A model generated the notes under the pieces. It ran no database searches and was not told the origin of the DNA. It worked only from the letters and a program-made list of their open reading frames with translations. A stretch of 64,000 bases of DNA from contig OZ024751.1 of the NCBI GenBank assembly GCA_964016885.1, positions 13,206,001 to 13,270,000 of the forward strand. Reading direction: 5' to 3'. Position 1 is the stretch's first letter, and each line of letters starts with the position of its first letter. This document shows, piece by piece, positions 48,865 to 62,189 of the stretch. A program made the position numbers and the translations under genes. Source of the DNA: Eledone cirrhosa (taxonomy: Eukaryota).

Positions 48865-51800
48865 TACTTATGGCGGTGGAGGCGGTGGGGTGGTGTTTAT
48901 TATGGTGGGGTTGGAGGTGGTATTCATGACGTTGGTGGTGGTGGTATTGGTCGTGTTGGTTGTGTGATAGTGGTTGTAGCAATGTTGTTAGTCGTCGTAG
49001 CTATATTGGAGGTACTAATGGTGTGGAGGCGGTGGGGTTGGAGGTGGTACTAATGGTGTGGAGGCGTTGGGGTTGGAGGTGGTACTAATGGTGTGGAGGC
49101 GGTGGGGTTGGAGGAGGTGAGGTACTAATGATGTGAAGGCGGTGGGGTTGGAGGTGGTACTAATGGTGTGGAGGCGGTGGGGTGGTGTTTATTATGGTGG
49201 GGTTGGAGGTGGTATTCATGACGTTGTTGTTGGTGGTATTGGTCGTGTTGGTTGTGTGATAGTGGTTGTAGCGATGTTGTTAGTCGTCGTAGCTATATTG
49301 GAGGTACTAATGGTGTGGAGGCGGTGGGGTTGGAGGAGGTACTAATGGTGTGGCGGCGTTGGGGTTGGTGGTACTAATGGTGTGGCGGCGTTGGGGTTGG
49401 AGGTGGTACTATTGGTGTGGAGGCGGTGGGGTTGGAGGTGGTACTAATGGTGTGGAGGCGGTGGGGTTGGAGGTGGTACTAATGGTGTGGCGGCGTTGGG
49501 GTTGGTGGTACTAATGGTGTGGAGGCGGTGGGGTTGGAGGAAGTACTAATGGTGTGGAGGCGGTGGGGTTGGAGGAGGTACTAATGGTGTGGCGGCGGTG
49601 GGGTTGGAGGAGGTGAGGTACTAATGGTGTGGAGGCGTTGGGGTTGGAGGTGGTACTAATGGTGTGGCGGCGGTGGGGTTGGAGGAGCTACTAATGGTGT
49701 GGAGGCGGTGGGGTTGGAGGAGGTACTAATGGTGTGGAGGCGGTGGGGTTGGAGGAGGTACTAATGGTGTGGCGGCGGTGGGGTTGGAGGAGGTGAGGTA
49801 CTAATGGTGTGGAGGCGTTGGGGTTGGAGGTGGTACTAATGGTGTGGCGGCGGTGGGGTTGGAGGAGCTACTAATGGTGTGGAGGCGGTGGGGTTGGAGG
49901 TGGTACTAATGGTGTGGAGGCGGTGGGGTTGGAGGAGGTACTAATGGTGTGGAGGCGGTGGGGTTGGAGGTGGTACTAATGGTGTGGCGGCGTTGGGGTT
50001 GGAGGAGGTACTAATAGTGTGGAGGCGGTGGGGTTGGAGGAGATACTAATGGTGTGGAGGCGGTGGGGTTGGAGGTGGTACTAATGGTGTGGCGGCGTTG
50101 GGGTTGGAGGTGGTACTAATGGTGTGGAGGCGTTGGGGTTGGAGGTGGTACTAATGGTGTGGAGGCGGTGGGGTTGGAGGTGGTACTAATGGTGTGGAGG
50201 CGGTGGGGTTGGAGGAGGTACTAATGGTGTGGAGGCGGTGGGGTTGGAGGAAGTACTAATGGTGTGGAGGCGGTGGGGTTGGAGGTGGTACTAATGGTGT
50301 GGAGGCGGTGGGGTTGGAGGAAGTACTAATGGTGTGGAGGCGGTGGGGTTGGAGGAAGTACTAATGGTGTGGAGGCGGTGGGGTTGGAGGAAGTACTAAT
50401 GGTGTGGAGGCGGTGGGGTTGGAGGAGGTACTAATGGTGTGGAGGCGGTGGGGTTGGAGGAAGTACTAATGGTGTGGAGGCGGTGGGGTTGGAGGAGGTA
50501 CTAATGGTGTGGAGGCGGTGGGGTTGGAGGAAGTACTAATGGTGTGGAGGCGGTGGAGTTGGAGGTGGTACTAATGGTGTGGAGGCGGTGGGGTTGGAGG
50601 AAGTACTAATGGTGTGGAGGCGGTGGGGTTGGAGGAAGTACTAATGGTGTGGAGGCGGTGGGGTTGGAGGAAGTACTAATGGTGTGGAGGCGGTGGGGTT
50701 GGAGGTGGTACTAATGGTGTGGAGGCGGTGGGGTTGGAGGAGGTACTAATGGTGTGGAGGCGGTGGGGTTGGAGGTGGTACTAATGGTGTGGCGGCGTTG
50801 GGGTTGGAGGAGGTACTAATGGTGTGGAGGCGGTGGGGTTGGAGGAGATACTAATGGTGTGGAGGCGGTGGGGTTGGAGGTGGTACTAATGGTGTGGCGG
50901 CGTTGGGGTTGGAGGTGGTACTAATGGTGTGGAGACGTTGGGGTTGGAGGTGGTACTAATGGTGTGGAGGCGGTGGGGTTGGAGGAGGTGAGGTACTAAT
51001 GATGTGAAGGCGGTGGGGTTGGAGGTGGTACTAATGGTGTGGAGGCGGTGGGGTGGTGTTTATTATGGTGGGGTTGGAGGTGGTATTCATGACGTTGTTG
51101 GTGGTGGTATTGGTCGTGTTGGTTGTGTGATAGTGGTTGTAGCAATGTTGTTAGTCGTCGTAGCTATATTGGAGGTACTAATGGTGTGGAGGCGGTGGGG
51201 TTGGAGGAGGTACTAATGGTGTGGCGGCGGTGGGGTTGGAGGAGGTGAGGTACTAATGGTGTGGAGGCGTTGGGGTTGGAGGTGGTACTAATGGTGTGGC
51301 GGCGGTGGGGTTGGAGGAGCTACTAATGGTGTGGAGGCGGTGGGGTTGGAGGAGGTACTAATGGTGTGGAGGCGGTGGGGTTGGAGGAGGTACTAATGGT
51401 GTGGAGGCGGTGGGGTTGGAGGAGGTGAGGTACTAATGGTGTGGAGGCGTTGGGGTTGGAGGTGGTACTAATGGTGTGGCGGCGGTGGGGTTGGAGGAGC
51501 TACTAATGGTGTGGAGGCGGTGGGGTTGGAGGTGGTACTAATGGTGTGGCGGCGGTGGGGTTGGAGGAGCTACTAATGGTGTGGAGGCGGTGGGGTTGGA
51601 GGAGGTACTAATGGTGTGGAGGCGGTGGGGTTGGAGGTGGTACTAATGGTGTGGAGGCGGTGGGGTTGGAGGTGGTACTAATGGTGTGGAGGCGGTGGGG
51701 TTGGAGGTGGTACTAATGGTGTGGAGGCGGTGGGGTTGGAGGTGGTACTAATGGTGTGGAGGCGGTGGGGTTGGAGGAAGTACTAATGGTGTGGAGGCGG

Positions 51801-53572
51801 TGGGGTTGGAGGTGGTACTAATGGTGTGGCGGCGTTGGGGTTGGTGGTACTAATGGTGTGGCGGCGTTGGGGTTGGAGGTGGTACTATTGGTGTGGAGGC
51901 GGTGGGGTTGGAGGTGGTACTAATGGTGTGGAGGCGGTGGGGTTGGAGGTGGTACTAATGGTGTGGCGGCGTTGGGGTTGGTGGTACTAATGGTGTGGAG
52001 GCGGTGGGGTTGGAGGAAGTACTAATGGTGTGGAGGCGGTGGGGTTGGAGGAAGTACTAATGGTGTGGAGGCGGTGGGGTTGGAGGAGGTACTAATGGTG
52101 TGGAGGCGGTGGGGTTGGAGGTGGTACTAATGGTGTGGAGGCGGTGGGGTTGGAGGAAGTACTAATGGTGTGGAGGCGGTGGGGTTGGAGGAAGTACTAA
52201 TGGTGTGGAGGCGGTGGGGTTGGAGGTGGTACTAATGGTGTGGAGGCGGTGGGGTTGGAAGTACTAATGGTGTGGAGGCGGTGGGGTTGGAGGTGGTACT
52301 AATGGTGTGGAGGCGGTGGGGTTGGAGGAGGTACTAATGGTGTGGAGGCGGTGGGGTTGGAGGTGGTACTAATGGTGTGGCGGCGTTGGGGTTGGAGGAG
52401 GTACTAATGGTGTGGAGGCGGTGGGGTTGGAGGAGATACTAATGGTGTGGAGGCGGTGGGGTTGGAGGTGGTACTAATGGTGTGGCGGCGTTGGGGTTGG
52501 AGGTGGTACTAATGGTGTGGAGGCGTTGGGGTTGGAGGTGGTACTAATGGTGTGGAGGCGGTGGGGTTGGAGGAGGTGAGGTACTAATGATGTGAAGGCG
52601 GTGGGGTTGGAGGTGGTACTAATGGTGTGGAGGCGGTGGGGTTGGAGGAAGTACTAATGGTGTGGAGGCGGTGGGGTTGGAGGAAGTACTAATGGTGTGG
52701 AGGCGGTGGGGTTGGAGGAAGTACTAATGGTGTGGAGGCGGTGGGGTTGGAGGAAGTACTAATGGTGTGGAGGCGGTGGGGTTGGAGGAGGTACTAATGG
52801 TGTGGAGGCGGTGGGGTTGGAGGAGATACTAATGGTGTGGAGGCGGTGGGGTTGGAGGTGGTACTAATGGTGTGGCGGCGTTGGGGTTGGAGGTGGTACT
52901 AATGGTGTGGCGGCGTTGGGGTTGGAGGTGGTACTAATGGTGTGGCGGCGTTGGGGTTGGAGGTGGTACTAATGGTGTGGCGGCGTTGGGGTTGGAGGTG
53001 GTGAGGTACTAATGATGTGAAGGCGGTGGGGTTGGAGGAGGTGAGGTACTAATGATGTGGAGGCGGTGGGGTTGGAGGAGGTGAGGTACTAATGATGTGG
53101 AGGCGGTGGGGTTGGAGGTGGTACTAATGGTGTGGAGGCGGTGGGGTTGGAGGTGGTGAGGTACTAATGATGTGAAGGCGGTGGGGTTGGAGGAGGTGAG
53201 GTACTAATGATGTGGAGGCGGTGGGGTTGGAGGAGGTGAAGTACTAATGATGTGGAGGCGGTGTGGTTGGAGGTGGTACTAATGGTGTGGAGGCGGTGGG
53301 GTTGGAGGTGGTGAGGTACTAATGATGTGAAGGCGGTGGGGTTGGAGGAGGTGAGGTACTAATGATGTGGAGGCGGTGGGGTTGGAGGAGGTGAGGTACT
53401 AATGATGTGGAGGCGGTGGGGTTGGAGGAGGTGAGGTACTAATGATGTGGAGGCGGTGGGGTTGGAGGAGGTGAGGTACTAATGATGTGAAGGCGGTGGG
53501 GTTGGAGGAGGTACTAATGGTGTGGAGGCGGTGGGGTTGGAGGAGTTACTAATGGTGTGGAGGCGGTGGTGT
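48865..53572 (+). repeat. 35 bp G-rich minisatellite (~4.6 kb) with higher-order structure
   Basis: Unit gtactaatggtgtggaggcggtggggttggaggtg (ctaat at 49511, 49546, 49581); 40 bp variants; a ~125 bp interruption is repeated at ~48890, 49180 and 51050. Confidence 0.95.
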
Positions 53573-54428
53573 GGTGTTTATTGTGGGGGTGTTGGTACTG
53601 GTATTCGCTACTGCTGGTACTGGTATTCATGATGTTGGGGTTGTAGTTGGGTGGTTGGTGTAATGCTGTTGTAGGCGGCGTTACTGTTGGTGCTGGTGTT
53701 GATAGTGGGGATACATTGGTCATGGTGGGGATGTTAGTGGTGGTACTAGTGGTAGTAGTACTAGTGGTGTTGGTGTTGGTAGTGGTAGCAGTTCTAGTGG
53801 TGTTGGTGTTGGTAGCGGTACTAGTGGTGTTGGTGTTGGTAGTCGTAGCAGTGGTGTTGGTGTTGGTAGTGGTAGCAGTTCTAGTGGTGTTGGTGTTGGT
53901 AGCGGTACTAGTGGTGTTGGTGTTGGTAGTCGTAGCAGTGGTGTTGGTGTTGGTAGTGGTAGCAGTTCTAGTGGTGTTGGTGTTGGTAGCAATACAGGTG
54001 GTGTTGGTAGTGGTAGCGGTACTAGTGGTGTTGGTAGCAGTACTAGGGGTGTTGGTGCTGGTTGTAATACTAGTGGTAGTGTCGGTGTTGGTAGCAGTAC
54101 ATGTGGTGTTGGTGTTTGGTAGTGCTAAAAGTATTAGTGATATTACTGTTAGTAATGTTAGTAGTACTAGTAGTGGTGTCGTGGTGGTAGTAGTACTAGT
54201 AGTGATGTTAATATTAGTAGTACTAGTAGTGGTGTTGCTAGTGGTAGTAGTACTAGTGGTGGTGTTGTGGTGGTAGTAGTACTAGTGGTGTAGTTGGTGG
54301 TGAAGTTTCTGCTAACGATGGAACTGTTAATAGTTGTGGTTTGGGGTTGGTCATATTTGGAAGATCATGTAACATCAATAATTACCACCACCACCACCAC
54401 CACCACTACCACTACTACTACTACTACT

Positions 54429-54465
<37 letters not shown>

Positions 54466-54576
54466 GGTGGTGGTGGTGGTAATAGTAGTCTCAGAGTTGA
54501 CACGTGATAGAACACGTGTAAAGAATTCTAGAAGAGCAATCAACAATGTTTATGTGGCAAGTGACACTTGTTGTTG

Positions 54577-57330
54577 GACATGGCTGTAGTATTGGTGGTG
54601 GTGGTGGTGGTAGTGGTGGTGGTGGTGACATGGCTGTAGTATTGGTGGTGGTGGTGGTGGTAGTGGTGGTGGTGGTGACATGGCTGTAGTATTGGTGGTG
54701 GTGGTGGTGGTAGTGGTGGTGGTGGTGACATGGCTGTAGTATTGGTGGTGGTGGTGGTGGTGACATGGCTGTAGTATTGGTGGTGGTGGTGGTGGTAGTG
54801 GTGGTGGTGGTGACATGGCTGTAGTATTGGTGGTGGTGGTGGTGGTAGTGGTGGTGGTGGTGACATGGCTGTAGTATTGGTGGTGGTGGTGACATGGCTG
54901 TAGTATTGGTGGTGGTGGTGGTGGTAGTGGTGGTGGTGGTGACATGGCTGTAGTATTGGTGGTGGTGGTGACATGGCTGTAGTATTGGTGGTGGTGGTGG
55001 TGGTAGTGGTGGTGGTGGTGACATGGCTGTAGTATTGGTGGTGGTGGTGACATGGCTGTAGTATTGGTGGTGGTGGTGGTGGTGACATGGCTGTAGTATT
55101 GGTGGTGGTGGTGGTGGTAGTGGTGGTGGTGGTGACATGGCTGTAGTATTGGTGGTGGTGGTGGTGGTAGTGGTGGTGGTGGTGACATGGCTGTAGTATT
55201 GGTGGTGGTGGTGGTGGTAGTGGTGGTGGTGGTGACATGGCTGTAGTATTGGTGGTGGTGGTGGTGGTGACATGGCTGTAGTATTGGTGGTGGTGGTGGT
55301 GGTGACATGGCTGTAGTATTGGTGGTGGTGGTGGTGGTAGTGGTGGTGGTGGTGACATGGCTGTAGTATTGGTGGTGGTGGTGGTGGTGACATGGCTGTA
55401 GTATTGGTGGTGGTGGTGGTGGTAGTGGTGGTGGTGGTGACATGGCTGTAGTATTGGTGGTGGTGGTGGTGGTGGTGGTGGTGGTGGTGGTGGTGGTGGT
55501 GGTGACATGGCTGTAGTATTGGTGGTGGTGTTGGTGGTGGTGGTGGTGGTAGTGGTGGTGGTGGTGACATGGCTGTAGTATTGGTGGTGGTGGTGGTGGT
55601 GGTGGTGGTGGTGGTGGTGGTGGTGGTGGTGACATGGCTGTAGTATTGGTGGTGGTGGTGGTGGTGGGGACATGGCTGTAGTATTGGTGGTGGTGGTGGT
55701 GGTGGTGGTGGGGACATGGCTGTAGTATTGGTGGTGGTGGTGGTGGTAGTGGTGGTGGTGGTGACATGGCTGTAGTATTGGTGGTGGTGGTGGTGGTAGT
55801 GGTGGTGGTGGTGACATGGCTGTAGTATTGGTGGTGGTGGTGGTGGTGACATGGCTGTAGTATTGGTGGTGGTGGTGGTGGTGACATGGCTGTAGTATTG
55901 GTGGTGGTGGTGGTGGTAGTGGTGGTGGTGGTGACATGGCTGTAGTATTGGTGGTGGTGGTGGTGGTGACATGGCTGTAGTATTGGTGGTGGTGGTGGTG
56001 GTAGTGGTGGTGGTGGTGACATGGCTGTAGTATTGGTGGTGGTGGTGGTGGTGGTGGTGGTGGTGGTGGTGGTGGTGGTGGTGACATGGCTGTAGTATTG
56101 GTGGTGGTGTTGGTGGTGGTGGTGGTGGTAGTGGTGGTGGTGGTGACATGGCTGTAGTATTGGTGGTGGTGGTGGTGGTGGTGGTGGTGGTGGTGGTGGT
56201 GGTGGTGGTGACATGGCTGTAGTATTGGTGGTGGTGGTGGTGGGGACATGGCTGTAGTATTGGTGGTGGTGGTGGTGGTGGGGACATGGCTGTAGTATTG
56301 GTGGTGGTGGTGGTGGTGGTGGTGGGGACATGGCTGTAGTATTGGTGGTGGTGGTGGTGGTGGGGACATGGCTGTAGTATTGGTGGTGGTGGTGGTGGTG
56401 GTGGTGGTGACATGGCTGTAGTATTGGTGGTGGTGTTGGTGGTGGGGACATGGGTGTAGTATTGGTGGTGGTGGTGGTGGTGGTGGTGGTGACATGGCTG
56501 TAGTATTGGTGGTGGTGTTGGTGGTGACATGGCTGTAGTATTGGTGGTGGTGGTAGTGGTGGTGGTGGTGACATGGCTGTAGTATTGGTGGTGGTGGTGG
56601 TGGTGGGGACATGGCTGTAGTATTGGTGGTGGTGGTGGTGGTGGTGGTGGTGACATGGCTGTAGTATTGGTGGTGGTGGTGGTGGTGGGGACATGGCTGT
56701 AGTATTGGTGGTGGTGGTGGTGGGGACATGGCTGTAGTATTGGTGGTGGTGGTGGTGGTGGTGGTGGGGACATGGCTGTAGTATTGGTGGTGATGTTGGT
56801 GGTGGGGACATGGCTGTAGTATTGGTGGTGGTGGTGGTGGTGGTGGTGGTGACATGGCTGTAGTATTGGTGGTGGTGGTGGTGGTGGGGACATGGCTGTA
56901 GTATTGGTGGTGGTGGTGGTGGGGACATGGCTGTAGTATTGGTGGTGGTGGTGGTGGTAGTGGTGGTGGTGGTGACATGGCTGTAGTATTGGTGGTGGTG
57001 GTGGTGGTGGTGGTGGGGACATGGCTGTAGTATTGGTGGTGGTGGTGGTGGGGACATGGCTGTAGTATTGGTGGTGGTGGTGGTGGGGACATGGCTGTAG
57101 TATTGGTGGTGGTGGTGGTGGTGGTGGTGGGGACATGTCTGTAGTATTGGTGGTGGTGGTGGTGGGGACATGGCTGTAGTATTGGTGGTGGTGGTGGTGG
57201 GGACATGGCTGTAGTATTGGTGGTGGTGGTGGTGGTGGAGGTGGGGGTGGGGACATGGCTGTAGTATTAGTGGTGGGGGTGGGGGGGACATGGTTGTAGT
57301 AGTGGTGGTGGGGACATGGCTGTATTGGTA
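54577..57330 (+). repeat. Compound minisatellite: constant 17-mer GACATGGCTGTAGTATT separated by variable (GGT)n
   Basis: Several dozen near-invariant 17-mers with GGT tracts of differing length. Confidence 0.95.
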
Positions 57331-57399
57331 GTGGTGGTGGTGAGGGTGGGGATGTGACGTAGAACTTCTACTACTACTACTACTACTACTACTACAAAT

Positions 57400-57541
57400 A
57401 ATAAATGTTTCTACTTTTATTGACTCCGTAAGGATGAAAGGCAAAGTTAACGTCGGCGGGATTTGAAATCAGATCGTAAAGGGCAATAACTCTATGCTAC
57501 AAAGCATGGCGTCCGACCATCTACCGATACTGCCAATCCAA
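57400..57541 (-). mobile_element. Family-A SINE (internally deleted)
   Basis: CGTAAGGATGAAAGGCAAAGTTAACGTCGGCGGGATTTGAA..CTACCGATACTGCCAATCC. Confidence 0.85.
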
Positions 57542-57544
57542 ATA

Positions 57545-58612
57545 ATACCACCACTACCGTCATCCTCACCATCATCACCACCATTACCACCACCATCATC
57601 ATTACCAACACTACCACCACCATCTCTACCACTATTACCCTCATCATAACCACTACCACTACAACCACTACCACTACAACCACTACCACTACCATCATCA
57701 TAACCAACACCACCACCAATAACTACAACCACACCGCCACCACTGCCACCATCATCATAACCACTATCATCCCCACCATCATCATCATCACCACCACCAA
57801 CACAACCACCACCACCACCACTACCATTATCAGCGCCACCACCACCACCACCACCACCACCACCGCCACCACTACCTCCACCATAATCATAACGATCACA
57901 ACCACCAACAATTACAACAACACCGCCACCACCATCATCACCACTACCGCCACCATCATCATAACAAACACAACGACCAACAACTACAACACCAGCACTA
58001 CCGCCACCACCATCACCAATACCACCACCACCCCTATCATCACCCCCCCCCCACCACCACCGTCATCACCATCACCACCACCATCACCATAACCAACACA
58101 ACCACTAACAACTACAACAACAACACCACCAACACCATCACCACCACCATCACCGCCACTACCGTCATCACCATCACCACTACCGCCACCATCACCACAA
58201 ACAACACAACCACTAACAACTACAACAACACCACCACCATCACCGCCCCTACCATCATCACCCCCCCCCCCCACCACCACCACCACCACTACTGTCATCA
58301 CCATCACCACCACCATCACCATAACCACCACAACCACTAACAACTACAACAACAACACTACCACCACCATCACCACCATCACCGCCACTAACGTCATCAC
58401 AACCACCACTACCACTACCGCCACCATCACCACAAACAACACAACCACCAACAACTACAAACAACACCACCACCACCACCATTATCACCACCATCACCGC
58501 CACTACCGTCATCACCATCACCACTACCACTACCGTCATCACCACCACCACTACCGCCACCATCACCAAAACCAACACAACAACAACACCACCACCACCA
58601 CCATCATTCACC
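57545..58612. repeat. (CAC/CAT)n low-complexity block
   Basis: Direct inspection. Confidence 0.9.
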
Positions 58613-59606
58613 ATTATCCAAACTGAATTGAATTCCTTTAGTTTAAAATTTATTCAGGCACACGTTTTAGGTGAAGTGGTGTGGCGTGGCTAGAATGGGG
58701 TGTTCGTGTTACCAGGGTAGTAACTGATCTCTCACAGCGGGTGTGGTGTCATTTAGATAGGGTGGGTGGTTGTATGTAGGGAGATTGGGGCATCAGGGTA
58801 GGCTTTTGGTGTCAGCAGAGTGGAGGTTACCTCAATGGGATCTAGAGAATATTGTTGGGAGATTTGTAAGGTACGAAAAGTTGGGATGTTGGTGAGGGTA
58901 TTGACGGGAGTAAGGGGGTAATGTATTGCAGTCTTCTCACTGACCCTCACCCGCCCCACACCAGGGACCTGGTGGCAAGGGAGTAAGGGCGTGTGTGGGT
59001 TAACTCACGGTAGGAATTACCTGTAAATCTAGTCAGTGACATATTTCATGTTAAGTTTCCGAGTAGCGTTTGACAGGGATGAGAATAACACTAGTTCTGA
59101 TTGTTGGACGGGTGGTAATGGGGTGTTTGTCTGGGTGGAGGATGAAGAGAGTGTTATATATTGAGGGAAGGGGGAGTGTAGGGCATGGATAGATTCTTAT
59201 TAGAAAGGAAGAGGAAGCAATATGGTTAGACATACAGACAGGTAGATGGATATATAGACACATAGATGGGTATGTATGTATGTTTGTATGTATGTAGGTA
59301 GAAACACAGATAGATAGATAGATAGATAGATAGATATGTTTCTTTATTAGCCACAGGGGCACAAAAGAAGGGGACAAATACAAAGGGGGAAGTTTACATA
59401 CAATAAAAACGTGTAAAATGTTATCACAAATGTAATTTAAAAAGTTAGTAGATACGATAGATAGATAGAGATAGATAGATAGAGATAGATAGATAGAGAT
59501 AGATAGATAGAGATAGATAGATAGAGATAGATAGATAGAGATAGATAGATAATCTAACTATCTGTTCATCTATCTGTCTGACTTTCTATTATCTCTCTCT
59601 CTCTCT

Positions 59607-59675
<69 letters not shown>

Positions 59676-59793
59676 GTGTGTGTGTGTGCATACCCACCAA
59701 CCTACCTATGCGTCTATCTATCTAGCTATTAGATAAATAGATGTGTGTAAGTGTGTCAGTGTATGTATGTGTCTTTGTTTTGTTTCTACTTGA

Positions 59794-59814
59794 CGTTTTT
59801 GTGTGCATATGTGT

Positions 59815-59848
<34 letters not shown>

Positions 59849-60089
59849 TGATTGAATATAAAAGAGAGATAAACACAGATATATACATATATATGTTCAA
59901 ATCGTAAGGGACCAAACTCGCTAAGGTGAAAAGAATCCTAACTATGGACAATAGGGTTTGCCAGACTCAATTTAAGAATAAATCAAGAAAATAAATACAA
60001 ACCGAAATTGTGATAACTACCAATCACCCCTTAAGAATTGAACACATATATGTATATATCTGTGTTTATCTCTCTTTTATATTCAATTA

Positions 60090-60123
<34 letters not shown>

Positions 60124-60144
60124 ACACATATGCACACAAAAACG
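59794..60144. repeat. Inverted repeat, ~117 bp arms, ~117 bp spacer
   Basis: 59794-59910 is the near reverse complement of 60028-60144, including the embedded (TA)n. Confidence 0.85.
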
Positions 60145-60219
60145 GCGGCTCGGAAAAATGTCTTTCCTTGAGCTATTTAATAAGAGACTATTTTGAGTTT
60201 CTAACTCAATATATACCTT

Positions 60220-60283
<64 letters not shown>

Positions 60284-60395
60284 CCTGTTTTTCCACATGT
60301 GCGTTTATTTTAATAACCACGCATGATGTTAAACTAGCCTAATTTTAAATTCCCTTTTTGGCATATTACCAGTGAGACCTTGGTTACCATGTTGA

Positions 60396-60477
60396 GCTCT
60401 GCTGAGGAACGAAATCCAACCGTGACCATCTCCACTGAAAGTTTTCGTGAAATAGTCTTTTCAAGACTATACAGAGC
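60396..60477 (+). ncRNA. Type I hammerhead ribozyme with an intact core and three stems
   Basis: GCTCTG CTGAGGA ACGAAA..TTTCGT GAAA TAGTCTT ttc AAGACTA TA CAGAGC; predicted cleavage after A60471. Confidence 0.8.
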
Positions 60478-60769
60478 ATTTGAAGTTGTCCCAAATTGAA
60501 GGTTGAGTACTTTAGACTTTGTTTTATCATGAGTTAAGTCTCTATTGATTTTTCCCTGGATTTCTCTAAATTCTGTTGGATAAATCTATATCCTGATTAC
60601 TTTTGAATTGAGTCTGAATTATTTTTCCCATATCTTATGTTAACTATTTTCCCATTTTGACGCTATAGTCACTTATATGTTATGGAATACTGTTAGCTTC
60701 TCGCTACAACAATTTTTATACTTTCTATACTTTTCATTTATATATATATATATAATATATATATATATA

Positions 60770-60820
<51 letters not shown>

Positions 60821-61359
60821 GTAGGAGGTGAGTTTTATTGTAGTACAATAAAGCAATGCAGATATCGGATAAGAAGCACTCTACAGTTTGTAGGACTGGA
60901 GTATACATAATATATAAGAACAAAAGATGGTTAAAATACATGGAACTCTTTTAACCATCTTTTGTTCTTATATATTATATATATATATATATATATATTT
61001 CATTCTCTGTCTCTCCCCTGTCACTAGGTAGTTATCATTCTACCCCTGTATTCTATGGACGGTGGGTTATCTCTGTTTGTGAAGATGACTCGCAGTATAA
61101 GAGAACGAATGAAGGATCACTGGCGAGAACTTCAAGGACGGAGAAAAACTCGTCAGTGCTCTATGAACCCACGAAACTGGAACACGGTGGCTCGTTAGAA
61201 AACATCGAGGTGAAAATCTTGTCTATTGAGTACTCCCATGATTAGTGGTATCACCGATCTCAGAACCGCAGACTCTATACATACATGCGGTCTAGCAACG
61301 AAATGGCTTGTGTGGTTTGTATTCAACTTGTCCCCTAGGTGGAATATATTCATGTAGTA

Positions 61360-61743
61360 CCGTATTTCCCGGCGTCGAAGACGCTACTTTTTTTCAAAAA
61401 ATAAGACTAAAAAATCTACTATGCGTCCTTGGGGCCAAATATTGTTTATTATTTTTTATAGATTGGGCGGTGGATTGGCAGTATCGGTAGAGGGTCGGAC
61501 GCCATGCTTTGACGCATAGAGTTACGGCCCTTTCCATTCTGAGTTCAAATCCCGCCGGGGTTAACTTTGCCTTTCATCCTTACGGGGTCGATAAAATAAA
61601 GTACCAGCCATGTACTGGGTAATTGCTGGCCTTGTGCCAAAAGTGGAAACAATTATTTTTTATAGATTGTTTTTCAAATTTTTGGTTGTCAAAATTAGGG
61701 TGTGTCCTCGAGGACGAAGTGTCTTCGGCGCCGGGAAATACGG
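61360..61743. mobile_element. pogo/Tc2-type MITE with a nested SINE; partial copy at ~62927-62987
   Basis: TA-CCGTATTTCCCGGCG ... CGCCGGGAAATACGG-TA. Confidence 0.85.
61466..61651 (+). mobile_element. Full-length family-A SINE with an 18 bp TSD
   Basis: [21 protein letters not shown] at 61448-61465 and 61652-61669; A and B boxes intact. Confidence 0.92.
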
Positions 61744-62189
61744 TAATTCAATGATACATGTTCACCATACAATCTAACAACGACATGGTATATATGATAT
61801 ATTTTCAACTCGTCCCCTTATTTCTAAGCAGAATTTACTTCCCGATGAAGGAACTTTAATTCTTCCAATATTGGTTATTCCAATGTCTTGGAATACCTGA
61901 TGTTGAATTCGAAAAACCATGGCCGAGGTATCATATAAAATTAAAGCCGACATTTTTAGCCAATTTGGCTTGTATTTCCCCAAAATGAGATTTTGGCTTA
62001 AGGTTAATATATTTTAATACCTCTATAAGTGGATAATTTATTAATATATCTTGTCCCTTCATTGGGATGTTTATGTATTAGAGACAGTTAATTTTATAGT
62101 TATATATATATAAATTTTGAGTATATGTTGGTTGTTTACCGACACCTCAGTATGCAGATTGGAGCACTCGACGAAGTACGCAGGTAATG

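Noticed and set aside
54577-57330. CRISPR-like repeat-spacer appearance
   Set aside because: Spacers are just (GGT)n, not unique sequence; eukaryotic context; no cas genes
54491-57444. Three overlapping 888-964 aa minus-strand ORFs (Pro/His/Thr repeats)
   Set aside because: All three frames are open because the minisatellite lacks stops on that strand; no unique domain, and one ORF starts inside a SINE
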